From Ignavibacteriales bacterium (lineage in GTDB: Bacteria > Bacteroidota > Ignavibacteria > Ignavibacteriales > Ignavibacteriaceae), in assembly GCA_016714125.1 (NCBI GenBank), contig JADJNX010000006.1:111681-175680 (forward strand): a stretch of DNA of 64,000 bases, given 5' to 3'. The position numbers and the translations under genes are program-made. The notes beneath the pieces are model-generated. The model was not told the DNA's origin. It did no database searches and saw only the letters and a program-made list of their open reading frames with translations. This document shows, in pieces, positions 1-9,795 of this stretch; the first letter of the stretch is position 1; each line of letters starts with the position of its first letter.

Positions 1-117
1 CCAGGTTTCGTTACTTGAAACTAAACCGTGTAAAAAGATAATGGGATATGCGAATTTTGCATTTTGTCCATTAATTACAGCAAAAATCAAAAACAGAAAA
101 AGCAATGTTTTCTTCAT
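1..117 (-). CDS. N-terminal fragment of a secreted alpha/beta-hydrolase (lipase-like); gene runs off the window start
   Basis: Reverse translation from ATG at 117 gives MKKTLLFLFLIFAVINGQNAKFAYPIIFLHGLVSSNETW. This is a signal peptide followed by a PIIFLHG-type segment. It is below the ORF-track length cut-off. Confidence 0.4.
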   Translation of the reverse strand, partial: MKKTLLFLFLIFAVINGQNAKFAYPIIFLHGLVSSNETW

Positions 118-225
118 TAGAATATCTCCACATAATTTTCCGGTTGTCGGATTAATAACTTAATGATGATTAAAGTAGCATGATTAATTAAACAACAAAA
201 ATACATGCTATAACGAAGCAATTTA

Positions 226-302
226 TAAGTGGAAACTCGTAAATGTTCTAAGTGGAAACTCTTAATTTGAGTTTTTAGAACCGTGATAGAGAAGTGGAAA
301 GG
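226..302. promoter_or_regulatory. Direct repeats TAAGTGGAAACTC (x2, 23 nt apart) plus GAAGTGGAAAGG; possible regulator sites
   Basis: Exact 13-mer at 226-238 and 249-261, and a related copy at 291-302. They lie between the response-regulator stop (312) and the lipase-like gene start (117). Confidence 0.2.
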
Positions 303-311
303 AGCTTTATT

Positions 312-944
312 CTATTGTAAAAAGATTGTTTTTATTGCCCATATAATTAGTTCAGCCGTATTTCTAACTTTCGCTTTGCCGAAAATATTTGTACGGTGAA
401 CTTCAACAGTTTTGAGGCTTATGAATAATTGTTCAGCAATTTCTTGAGAAGTCAGCCCTCTACAGACAAGATTCAAAACATCCTGCTCCCTTATTGTGAG
501 ATAATCTTGAAAAAAGGGCTTGTGAATGATTTGAAAAGAAATTTTTTGCAAAATTTCCTTACTGAAGTAGTTCCCACCATTATAAACTTCTGTAATTGCT
601 TGCTGCAGTTCGTATTTTGATGCATTTTTTGTAACGAAACCCTTCGCACCGGCAAGAATCATCTGCGAATAGTGTAAAACATCCGAAAACATCGTCAATG
701 CAATTATTTTCAAGTCGGGTGACAGCTTAAGTGCTTTTTTAGTCGTCTCAATTCCATCAATAATCGGCATATTAATATCCATCAAAACTATATCAGGAAT
801 TGAATGATGAATATAATCAATGAATAAATCCCCGTTGGAAGTACCAAATACCATCTCAAATTGATCAATTTGATTTAGAACCAAAATGAGCCCTTCTCTA
901 AAAATATCGTGATCCTCAACTATTGCAATTTTAATTGAATTCAT
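312..944 (-). CDS. Response regulator, NarL/FixJ (LuxR HTH) family
   Basis: N-terminal receiver (IAIVEDHDIFREG...VLMDINMP) and C-terminal LuxR HTH (LTIREQDVLNLVCRGLTSQEIAEQLFISLKTVEVHRTNIF). Overlaps the upstream kinase gene. Confidence 0.9.
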   Translation of the reverse strand: MNSIKIAIVEDHDIFREGLILVLNQIDQFEMVFGTSNGDLFIDYIHHSIPDIVLMDINMPIIDGIETTKKALKLSPDLKIIALTMFSDVLHYSQMILAGAKGFVTKNASKYELQQAITEVYNGGNYFSKEILQKISFQIIHKPFFQDYLTIREQDVLNLVCRGLTSQEIAEQLFISLKTVEVHRTNIFGKAKVRNTAELIIWAIKTIFLQ

Positions 945-2238
945 TTTTATCCCTTGGAATTGGCGATATAATGAGATGTGCTTTCATACCTTTACCAGCA
1001 TAACTTTCAATTATTAGATCTCCATTAATAGAATTAACCCGATTTTGAATACTGTCCAATCCGATACCGGAATCACTTTGCAATTTTTCATCAACTATAA
1101 AACCCTTTCCATTATCTTCATAGTAAATATGGAAGAGACCATTTTCCATTTTTAGCTGCAGCGAGACTTGAGATGCACCGGCATGTTTTATCGTGTTATT
1201 TATCAGTTCTGTTATGGCACGATAACAAACAAGTTCAACTTTACTATCCAAGCGATTCATTGCACAAAAATCCAGGTTGAAGTGTATCTTTTCGCTTAAA
1301 CTGATGGGTTTGATAAAATTTTCTAAAGCAGTTATTAACCCATAAGTATCCAAAATATGAGGGCTTATATTATGGGAAATTCTGGAGACATCTTTGATTG
1401 CATCGCTGATTATCTCTTTTAGCTTTCGTTCAATCTCCATTTTGTTTTTATTATCTGTAGAGTCAATATAAGCCTGAAAAAATAGATTTATAGCCGAGAG
1501 AACAGGGCCAAGTTCATCATGTAAATCACTCGCTAACCTTTTCCTCTCATTTTCTTCGGTTAATATAATTGCATCAATCACTTTTTGTTGCATGGCCTTT
1601 CTTTCCGCCATCTCATTTTGCAAAGCGATATTAAGATCAGCAAGGTGTCCGGATTTTAATTCTATGTCCTTAAAATTGCTCTGAATCGTCGAGAAAAATA
1701 CTTTAAGGATATAATAAATTAAGGATGCCATGAGTATAAAATGGAGAATACGAATAGCTACGCAAGCAAACTGACAAATGTCAAATTTATAATTAAGGGG
1801 GAGAAATGCAATTTGTGTTATCATTAATATCCCTACAATCACAACAATAACAAAGGAGGATATAAAAACGAAGAGAGCTTCATTCTTTTTAGAAATGAAT
1901 AGCGAATAAATTATTGCAAGAATAAACCATAAACTTGCTATATCAATCAATCCCAGTAACAGGTTATAACATGCAGTAAGAAAAAGAATTGAGATGAAAA
2001 TCCAAGTTTTCAACCTGAGATCAATTTTATTTCTCAACAAAGCGAGGATGATTACAATAAATCCGAAAAAGGGAGGTAGATAACGCGGAAATTGATATTC
2101 ACTATTAATTAGGGCAAAGTAGATAATCACATTAAACGGTATTGACATCAACGCAACAAAAATAATACTGTTGTTAGTAATTTTGTTGATGATCGAATTA
2201 TGTCGGCTAAAAAAGCTAAATCTATGCAAAGATATCAC
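931..2238 (-). CDS. Membrane sensor histidine kinase (HisKA_3 / HATPase_c type)
   Basis: Multiple N-terminal TM segments, an H-box RKRLASDLHDELGPVL and an ATPase domain (ELINNTIKHAGAS...EDNGKGF...GIGLDSI). Confidence 0.85.
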   Translation of the reverse strand: MISLHRFSFFSRHNSIINKITNNSIIFVALMSIPFNVIIYFALINSEYQFPRYLPPFFGFIVIILALLRNKIDLRLKTWIFISILFLTACYNLLLGLIDIASLWFILAIIYSLFISKKNEALFVFISSFVIVVIVGILMITQIAFLPLNYKFDICQFACVAIRILHFILMASLIYYILKVFFSTIQSNFKDIELKSGHLADLNIALQNEMAERKAMQQKVIDAIILTEENERKRLASDLHDELGPVLSAINLFFQAYIDSTDNKNKMEIERKLKEIISDAIKDVSRISHNISPHILDTYGLITALENFIKPISLSEKIHFNLDFCAMNRLDSKVELVCYRAITELINNTIKHAGASQVSLQLKMENGLFHIYYEDNGKGFIVDEKLQSDSGIGLDSIQNRVNSINGDLIIESYAGKGMKAHLIISPIPRDKNEFN

Positions 2239-2276
2239 TTGGTTTAATTAAAAAATCACTTCCTTGGGAACAAAGG

Positions 2277-3482
2277 TTATTCCTTAAACACTTCCTCGGC
2301 GATATACTCTCCAATACTTAGTGATGCTGTCGCCGCCGGGGATGGAGCATTAAGCACATGCAGCATGTTTTTGGTGTGTTTTAAATAGAAATCATCGAGC
2401 AACTTACCATTCCGGTCAAGAGCCTGGGCACGAACACCGGCACCACCTTTTACAAGATCACCCTCCTGAATCGCAGGTAACAGTTTTTGAAGAGCTTCTG
2501 CGAAAGCGGTTTTATTTAACGATCGATAAATCTCTTTTAGACCCATTGACGCATACTTGGCACTCATCTTTAAATATCCGGGGAAAGTCAAAAATCCAAG
2601 TGTATCATTAAAACTAAAATCAGCCCAACTGTACCCTTCGCGCTTAAAAGCAGGCACCGCGTTTGGACCGGCTTCTACTCCCCCTTTTGCCATTCGGGTG
2701 AAGTGCACACCAAGGAAGGGGAATGCAGGATCAGGTACGGGGTAGATAAGATTGTTAACAAGAAATTCTTTTTCGGGTACAAGTTTGTAATATTCTCCAC
2801 GGAATGGAATGATCTTTATCTCGGGATCAACACCACATAACTGTGCAATAACATCTGAATGCAAACCACCACAGTTGATCAAAAATTTTGTTTCATATTC
2901 TCCCGTAGTAGTCAGGAGAGTTAACTCATTCCGATGTTGACGGAGTTCAATAAATTCGCAATTAAGTTTTATTTCTCCACCAAGACTTTCTATCAGTTCA
3001 GCGAGTTTTTTAACCACCTTTGTGTAATCAACTATACCTGTCTGCTGTACAAAAAGTCCCTCAATTCCTGCACAATATGGCTCATGTTCTCTAATTTCTT
3101 TGAAGTCAAGTCGCTTTAATCCTGTAAGGCCATTTGCTTTTCCTCGAAATTCAATATCATTAAGTCGGAAAATCTCATCCTGCGTCGTGGCTACCACTAC
3201 TTTCCCACATCTTTCGTGGTAAATATTGTGTTCCTCGCAGAATTGATACATCATCTCTCTGCCGATTGTGCAGTTTTTGGCTTTGAGTGAACCGGGTTTG
3301 TAATAAAGTCCGGAGTGGATAACCCCGCTGTTATTACCTGTTTGATGTTTTGAGAGGTACGGAGCTTTTTCGATAAGGAGGAGTTTGCAGCCGGGTTTCT
3401 TTTTAAGGATTGAGTAAGCGGTTGCCGTTCCGACGATACCGCCACCGATGATAACATAGTCGTAATTCATAATAAACTTCAA
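2277..3482 (-). CDS. lhgO: L-2-hydroxyglutarate oxidase (FAD-dependent)
   Basis: YDYVIIGGGIVGTATA Rossmann motif and HQTGNNSGVIHSGLYYKPGSLKAKNC, closely resembling E. coli LhgO. Confidence 0.75.
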   Translation of the reverse strand: MKFIMNYDYVIIGGGIVGTATAYSILKKKPGCKLLLIEKAPYLSKHQTGNNSGVIHSGLYYKPGSLKAKNCTIGREMMYQFCEEHNIYHERCGKVVVATTQDEIFRLNDIEFRGKANGLTGLKRLDFKEIREHEPYCAGIEGLFVQQTGIVDYTKVVKKLAELIESLGGEIKLNCEFIELRQHRNELTLLTTTGEYETKFLINCGGLHSDVIAQLCGVDPEIKIIPFRGEYYKLVPEKEFLVNNLIYPVPDPAFPFLGVHFTRMAKGGVEAGPNAVPAFKREGYSWADFSFNDTLGFLTFPGYLKMSAKYASMGLKEIYRSLNKTAFAEALQKLLPAIQEGDLVKGGAGVRAQALDRNGKLLDDFYLKHTKNMLHVLNAPSPAATASLSIGEYIAEEVFKE

Positions 3483-3535
3483 TTGTTTAATTTGTTGAAA
3501 ACTGAACTGAAATTTAGTTAAATAATTTGTTAAAT

Positions 3536-3850
3536 GGAGGGATGGGATAGTTCCACGGATGCCACGGAATAGACACGGATGCTCGCGGAATTTTAGCGTT
3601 AGAGGCAGGAGTGGTAATCGTCCCGATTGCCATCAGTAAAATGCACAGCCGTTAGAGAAAAAGTTACACAGATATCACGGATTTTCACAGATACCACGGA
3701 TTTTTTAGGGGACGCAGATCCACCCCGGCGGACAATGTACACGCAGATTAGACAGATTTTCGCAGAGGGTTTTTTTATTTACATCACTGAAGTTCTGAGG
3801 TTCCGAAGCTCTGAAGTTCTAAAAAACTCAAGTACTAAGTACTCAGGTAG
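3536..3850. repeat. Copy of the modular interspersed repeat family, followed by octamer tandem repeats
   Basis: Contains CACGGAT/CGCGGAA-type degenerate units and the GGAGTGGTAATCGTCCCGATTGCC hairpin. Also carries GGGGACGCAGAT..ACACGCAGATTAGACAGATTTTCGCAGAG with an 18-nt insert. These are followed by (TGAAGTTC)-like x4 and CTCAAGTA-like x3. Confidence 0.8.
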
Positions 3851-3854
3851 TTCT

Positions 3855-5696
3855 CTACGGAATCAGCTCTTGCCTGAGTTGATTAATGTCGATGAAATCG
3901 GCCCAGTTGTCGAGGAGGGGGACGCCGGTGATTCTACCGCCAAAACCCATGAGGCGGTGAACAAACATTACAATACTTGAAGTTTTTAGATCTTTTAGTT
4001 CCGATTCAAACGCTTTTGCATTATACTTTTGAGCGAGACCCGTGGTTTTGTTTGAGAGGAATTTATTGAGCTTCTTTTTGGAAAGGTAGGTTCTTAATTG
4101 CTCTTTTGAACTTTCATATTCAAATTTCAGAGAGTCATTCATACTGCTTTTTTCAGTTACGAGAAGTAGAGAATAACCATCACCTCTTTTGATGGGTCCA
4201 TACAGTTGGTTCAAATCGAGTTTACTTGCGATAATTCCGATATCACCGAGGAAGACTGCGGGTTTAAGTCCCGTTTCTCCTTTTTCGTTGACGAGAGGAT
4301 CAGTTTTCCCTCGTGATTTTAATATTTCGCTAAAAGATTTTCCTTTTCCTGTCTCATTCAATACCACTTCAATTTCGTTAAGATCTTTAACGGTCAAGAG
4401 TTGAATGTTTACAAGAACAAAATCTTTATCCTTCAATACATCCTGTCTGTAATAATCTTCAATTTCGGAATCGCTCACTCTCGCAGAATCGAGAAAAGAG
4501 ACTTTCATAACCTGTGCAAGAAGGTTTTGTTTCCATGATTCCAGATCATCCGTAACAGATTTTAACGATTTTAACCCTTTTTTTTCTGCTTCAAAAGTGA
4601 GTATCTGTTGTTGAACAAAATCTTTTGCCAGTTTGCTTAGTCGTTTAAATACTTCGTTTTTTGATTGCGATTTAAATTCAGGTTCATCCAGGGCAAGGGA
4701 AGCGAGGAAATCAAAAACAGTTACAGGTCTTTCATCCACATTAAAGAGGGTGGTACCGGATTTATCATTTCTGATTGAAGTTCTCAACTTTTGATAATCG
4801 GTGGAAGTGAGGATATACTTAAATCCTGTTGAATCATTTTTTGCGGGCGGCGCAGCATAAATTATATCAAATATTTGACCGGCAACGAATTTAAAAGGCT
4901 CACTTTCGATATTAATTTTGTAGTCTGCGAGCAATCCACCCAGATACTCTTTCATTCTGTGGAGGGCGCGACGGTCTTTAACGGTTTGTTTGATTTTATC
5001 AACAACCTTGGAGTTGGCGATATCAACCGCCTGGAAAACAACATTATCGATATGAAAGATAATCCAACCATTTTCGCTGTTAATCGGTTGGGTCGATTTT
5101 CCGGGGGTGAGGGCAAAGACCGAGTCTTCAATCTCTTCATCTTGAAGTACTCCAAGTTTCAACTCCATAGGGATAACCTGGATTGAGGAATACTCAGGTA
5201 ACTTTATAAGAGAATCAAGCTTTTTGCCGGAGGACAAAGACAAATGGATTTGTTGGATTAAATCCCGGTTTGGAGATGAAAGAATCGAGGTTTTAATCGT
5301 TTTGGAAGCTTTTGACAGGGCATTATTAACATCCCCGGCACTCAGATTAATTTTACTATCCACTTCCATTTTAAAGAGGGCATCCCTGAGGAAAAGGTCT
5401 TCGAGGGGCTTAAAGTAGAAACGGAATTCTTCAGTTCTGTCGGCTCCCTGATCAACAGCTTCAAGGTACCAAAGTTTTTCTGCAATAAGGGAATAGAGAA
5501 AATCTGCCTTCAGAGAATCACGGTTCCACCCGTTTTTGTGCGACAGGAAGGGGGAAAGTTCAAATCGAGTCTTAAAATCTCTTTCCGTTATCGTGGATCC
5601 ACCAACGGTGGCAAGAATTTTTCCATCAGGCTGGGCAGAGATTACCGAAATAAACAACAGAAGACAAACAAAGGCTCTTTTAAACATCATTTCCAA
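3855..5696 (-). CDS. Periplasmic PpiD/SurA-like peptidyl-prolyl isomerase chaperone
   Basis: Signal peptide, SurA-like N-terminal region and parvulin-like segments (GWIIFHIDNV; GYSLLLVTEK). 613 aa. Confidence 0.6.
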   Translation of the reverse strand: MEMMFKRAFVCLLLFISVISAQPDGKILATVGGSTITERDFKTRFELSPFLSHKNGWNRDSLKADFLYSLIAEKLWYLEAVDQGADRTEEFRFYFKPLEDLFLRDALFKMEVDSKINLSAGDVNNALSKASKTIKTSILSSPNRDLIQQIHLSLSSGKKLDSLIKLPEYSSIQVIPMELKLGVLQDEEIEDSVFALTPGKSTQPINSENGWIIFHIDNVVFQAVDIANSKVVDKIKQTVKDRRALHRMKEYLGGLLADYKINIESEPFKFVAGQIFDIIYAAPPAKNDSTGFKYILTSTDYQKLRTSIRNDKSGTTLFNVDERPVTVFDFLASLALDEPEFKSQSKNEVFKRLSKLAKDFVQQQILTFEAEKKGLKSLKSVTDDLESWKQNLLAQVMKVSFLDSARVSDSEIEDYYRQDVLKDKDFVLVNIQLLTVKDLNEIEVVLNETGKGKSFSEILKSRGKTDPLVNEKGETGLKPAVFLGDIGIIASKLDLNQLYGPIKRGDGYSLLLVTEKSSMNDSLKFEYESSKEQLRTYLSKKKLNKFLSNKTTGLAQKYNAKAFESELKDLKTSSIVMFVHRLMGFGGRITGVPLLDNWADFIDINQLRQELIP

Positions 5697-5699
5697 AAA

Positions 5700-6904
5700 T
5701 TATAAACCAAGAGCCTTAAGATAATCAGAATTGATAATACAGTTTTTCAATTTGATATTTTCGAGATATTGCGCGAGGATGGTTTTGATCTTCGCCTGAT
5801 CGGGTTTGTTATCTCTGATATATCCATAAGAGACATCAAATTTATTCGAAAAGTTTATTATCAAGTCATAATCGCTTGGCGGCACGATTGAGGTTATTCC
5901 CCTTTCGCTGTTAAGTTTTTGTAAGGCCAAAAGCACCAGCCGATATTTTCCTTTTCGAGCATCGTACGGAATTCAGTTATCCATTCATTGGTGTTTTCAC
6001 CTGACTCACCCATCCAGATTGGCACCTGATACTTTTCACCAAAATCGATGTAGTCCTGCACCACATCCTTGGTTGCAGGGGTCCAGTATTTATGAAAAGT
6101 GTAAACCAGATTGTCATCAAACGGTTTCCCAAAAACTGAAAAATTGCTGTTCCACTGAGCACCGGCTATGAAGATAATATGATTTTTATCAACAGTTCTT
6201 ATTGCAGCAGTTAATCTCTTGAAAAAGGGTTCAAGCAGTGGATTCAATTTATCTTTGTCGAAGTAGTGGGCAATTGGTTCGTTGAGGAGGTCATAACCAA
6301 TAACTATTGGATCGTTTTTATAGGTATCCGCAAGTTTTGTCCAGATTCTGATCGTCAGATTTATGTTTTCTTCCGATTCAAAAAGGAAAGGATATCCATA
6401 ACTGTCGTCTATGTTGTCACCGGTTTGACCGCCGGGGGCGCAGTGCATATCGAGGACAACGGGGAGATCTTCTTCACGACACCACTTTACAGCGGAATCG
6501 AGAAGGGCGTAACCCGGACCCGTCAATTCCTGCTTTTCATCATCAGTAACAAAAAGCCGGTAATTAAAAGGTATTCTGATCGAGTTAAAACCACATTTTT
6601 TTAAAAACTTTATGTCTTCGCGAGTTGTGTAGTCAACTCTGAACTTGTTCCAAAATTTTTCTGCTTCACGCTCTCCCAAAAGGATATCAAAAAGATCATA
6701 GATGAGTCGGGGGGAGCTCACTTTTTCAAATTTAAACATGTATCCTTCAGGAACGAGCCAGTTTCCCAGCCCGATTCCTTTAAGAAGTACAGGTTTTCCC
6801 TGGGGATCGAGAATCTCTTTCCCCCTGGTAGAAAAGAATCCCTTTTGTTGGGGATGAATCAGTCCAACAGCAGAAACAAAAAGGAGAAGCCAGAGGTATC
6901 TCAT
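5700..6904 (-). CDS. Glycoside hydrolase family 5 (beta-glucanase), reading frame broken near 5918
   Basis: GIGLGNWLVPEGYMF, LLNEP and GESGEN motifs. ORF 5894-6904 stops at WPYKNLTAKGE. ORF 5700-5936 continues plausibly (..KLNSERGITSIVPP..) across an A5/T5 run. Confidence 0.7.
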
Positions 6905-8232
6905 TATTTCGCCTTATGAGCAGCTTTTTCAAAACTTGGGACACTGCCTGCTATTCCGTAATAAGCGATAAACGCATAACAGAGAACAGGGAGTATAAAT
7001 GCATGATGCAGACCTATTGAAGAGTCGGCGATGAGTCCCTGAAGAACAGGGATAAGTGCGCCACCAACTATTGCCATACAAAGAATTCCGGATGCCTGTC
7101 CCGTATGTTTACCAAGTCCTTTAATTGCAAGGGAAAAGATAGTTGGGAACATGATCGAATTAAATAGCCCAACGAGAAGAATTGACCAGATGGCAACCTG
7201 ACCATTTGTGAGCATCGAAACAACCACCAGAATAGCTGCGGCAACAGCGTTAAATCCAAGCACCTGGCCGGGATTAATTTTCCTTTGAACTGCCGAGCCG
7301 ATGAATCTTCCAACCATCGCACCACCCCAATAGAATGAAACAAGTTTTCCTGCATCCATTTCAGCGAGGGAGTTATCAAGGAATACAAAATAGTTAACAA
7401 GGAAACTGCCAATTGCAACTTCAGCACCTACATAAACGAAGATACCAACAGCTCCGAGAATCAAGTGTTTATAACCCCATGCACTTGGGTGAAGATCGTC
7501 ATAACTCTGTTTTGCACCATCTTCAGATTCAACACTTCCGGCTTCAATTTGGGGCAATTTAATATAAGCAAATACCGCAGACAGGATCAAAAGAGCTGCA
7601 GCAAGACCGAGATACGGAATTTGAACAGCAGTAGCTTCTGCTTCGATGTATGCGTTTAAAGCTGCCGGTGCCATTTTGGACATTTCCTCTGATGTTTTCA
7701 CAGCAGTTGAAAGGATAAGGAGTGATCCAAAATATGGAGCAACGGTTGTTCCGAGTGAATTAAAGGCCTGTGTTAAGTTCAACCTCGATGAAGCCGTCTC
7801 AGGTTTTCCGAGAATTGTAACGTAGGGATTGGCTGCAACTTGAAGAAGTGTAATACCGGCGGCAAGGATAAAAAACGCCAGGAGAAAAACAGGATACGAC
7901 CTTAAACCTGCAGCGGGATAAAATATCATTGTTCCCACACCTGCGGTAAGCAGACCAATCACAATTCCTCTTTTATAACCAATCTTCTCAACTAATTTTC
8001 CAGCCGGAAGTGAAACGAGGAAATATGCAAGGAAAAAAGTGAATTGTACCAGCATCGATTCTGTGTAGCTGAGTGAAAAAACACTTTTAAGATGGGGAAT
8101 GAGGATGTCGTTTAGACAGGTAAGAAATCCCCACATAAAAAAGAGGGAAGTCAGTATCGTCAATTCAGGCATGTAGTTTGCTGTACTACCGTTGTTTTTT
8201 ATTTTACCGGCATTAGGTATCGTTGTTGCCAT
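6904..8232 (-). CDS. MFS glucose/galactose (FucP/GluP family) sugar:H+ symporter
   Basis: 12-TM profile and an N-terminus typical of the FHS family ([23 protein letters not shown]). Its stop overlaps the GH5 start (TAATG). Confidence 0.85.
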   Translation of the reverse strand: MATTIPNAGKIKNNGSTANYMPELTILTSLFFMWGFLTCLNDILIPHLKSVFSLSYTESMLVQFTFFLAYFLVSLPAGKLVEKIGYKRGIVIGLLTAGVGTMIFYPAAGLRSYPVFLLAFFILAAGITLLQVAANPYVTILGKPETASSRLNLTQAFNSLGTTVAPYFGSLLILSTAVKTSEEMSKMAPAALNAYIEAEATAVQIPYLGLAAALLILSAVFAYIKLPQIEAGSVESEDGAKQSYDDLHPSAWGYKHLILGAVGIFVYVGAEVAIGSFLVNYFVFLDNSLAEMDAGKLVSFYWGGAMVGRFIGSAVQRKINPGQVLGFNAVAAAILVVVSMLTNGQVAIWSILLVGLFNSIMFPTIFSLAIKGLGKHTGQASGILCMAIVGGALIPVLQGLIADSSIGLHHAFILPVLCYAFIAYYGIAGSVPSFEKAAHKAK

Positions 8233-8374
8233 TATATCTCCGTTGGACTGAATAGGTTATTTCAAAGTCAATATATACTCAATAATTGTGCCCTTAAATA
8301 ATTGTTGGAATTCGACCGATTAATGTGGTTAAGATAGTCGGGAATTCGTGTCGTATTATTATTTTAATAATTTC

Positions 8375-8393
8375 AACTTATCAAATTAATAAA
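8375..8393. promoter_or_regulatory. AACTTATCAAATTAATAAA motif (imperfect TTATCAA-N-TTGATAA palindrome)
   Basis: Shares 18 of 19 nt with 12759-12777. Lies in the divergent region between the MFS/GH5 and sensor operons. Confidence 0.4.
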
Positions 8394-8474
8394 TATCGGC
8401 GGGATAAATGAACAGCGAGGGGAAAAATCTAAAATTTAATAATCTATATTTGCATTAAAATTTGCGGAAAGTTT

Positions 8475-9788
8475 ATGAATCTCGAAAAGATATTTTACAT
8501 TGTGGCGAGCACGGTACTTGTAACGGTATTTGTGTTGATAGTTTTCATTTTTTCACCTGTGTCATATGACGAAAGTCTGACTCAGAACGAAAAGGTGATT
8601 TACTATGCAGAGAACATCTCTCCCTCATTGCGAAAGATCATCGACGGATTTAATGAAAAATATAAAGGAAAGATCAGGGTGGAGACTATTGATCTTTCAT
8701 TTGATAAATTTAGTACCAATGAGCGGAAAGAACTTCTTGCCCGATACCTCAGAAGCAAAAGCAGCAGAATAGATATTTTTAGTGTTGATATAATCTGGGT
8801 TCCCCGTTTTTCAAGGTGGGCATTGCCACTTAACAGATACATCGACTCGTCTCTTGTTACGGATATTGTCCCCCATTTTCTTCCCACAAGTTATTACAAC
8901 GATTCTCTGGTTTCGATTCCTCTTTATGCGGATATTGCATTGATGTTTTACAGGGACGACCTGTTGGACAAGGTTCAGGGAGCAGAGGAATATCGTAAGG
9001 AATTGTCCTCCTCAATCACCTGGGAGAGGTTAATTGATCTAAAAATGAAGGTGGATGCCTCAAACGGGAGGGTTAACAAACCATTTTATCTTTTTCAGGC
9101 GGATGCCTACGAGGGGTTGATGTGTTCATTTACCGAATTGATGAGCAACTACAAAAATCCGATGGTGGCTTCGGAAGTGAAGCTGGGAGAAGATGATGAA
9201 TTGTCGAAAAAGTCGATCAAATTCCTTATTGATCTTGTTCACCAATATAAAATTTCGCCACCGGAGGTAATAAAATTTAAGGAAATGCAGAGTTTTCAAT
9301 ACTTTTTTGAAAATGAGGCATTTGCTGTAAGAGGATGGCCCGGATTTTTGAGCGGGGACAACAAGTTTTTCCCCAACGAGTTAAGGGGGAAAGTAAAGGC
9401 TGCACCACTTCCACATCTCGATGGAAGTTCACCTGCGTATGTTTTTGGCGGTTGTAACCTTATGGTCTCAAAACTTTCCTCCAAAATTCAGGAAGTCAGG
9501 ATATTTATTGATTATATGTTAAGTGATGAGATTCAGAAATTTCACTACGAAGACGGGAATGTTTTACCTGTGAAAAACTCTGTTTATTCTGATGCCGCAT
9601 TTTTGAAGAAACACCCCGAGTTGGTCTTTTATCAAAAACTGTTTGAAAACGGGATTCACAGACCAATGTTCGAGAGATACACAGGACTTTCTGACATAAT
9701 TGTCAAACACATAAATGAAGCGATTGAAAAAAATCTTGAGCCGGGTCAGGTTTTGGAGAAGATCAAAAACGAGATAGGGGCGAAATAG
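8475..9788 (+). CDS. Membrane-anchored extracellular solute-binding (ABC SBP-like) sensor protein
   Basis: One N-terminal TM helix, then an SBP family 1-like domain. No ABC permease or ATPase is nearby; the gene is immediately upstream of a kinase. Confidence 0.7.
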   Translation: MNLEKIFYIVASTVLVTVFVLIVFIFSPVSYDESLTQNEKVIYYAENISPSLRKIIDGFNEKYKGKIRVETIDLSFDKFSTNERKELLARYLRSKSSRIDIFSVDIIWVPRFSRWALPLNRYIDSSLVTDIVPHFLPTSYYNDSLVSIPLYADIALMFYRDDLLDKVQGAEEYRKELSSSITWERLIDLKMKVDASNGRVNKPFYLFQADAYEGLMCSFTELMSNYKNPMVASEVKLGEDDELSKKSIKFLIDLVHQYKISPPEVIKFKEMQSFQYFFENEAFAVRGWPGFLSGDNKFFPNELRGKVKAAPLPHLDGSSPAYVFGGCNLMVSKLSSKIQEVRIFIDYMLSDEIQKFHYEDGNVLPVKNSVYSDAAFLKKHPELVFYQKLFENGIHRPMFERYTGLSDIIVKHINEAIEKNLEPGQVLEKIKNEIGAK

Positions 9789-9795
9789 AACAATC

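Noticed and set aside
3627-3980. 117-aa plus-strand ORF (..ISRIFTDTTDFLGDADPPRR..TQIRQIFAEGFF..)
   Set aside because: It is read straight through the interspersed repeat and octamer arrays and overlaps the 3' end of the PpiD-like gene. The same peptide words recur wherever the repeat occurs, so it is a translation artefact.
5700-5936. Independent 78-aa gene
   Set aside because: It overlaps the GH5 3' end and has no plausible start context. Its sequence continues the GH5 C-terminus after a one-nt shift in an A5/T5 run, so it was merged with the GH5 gene.
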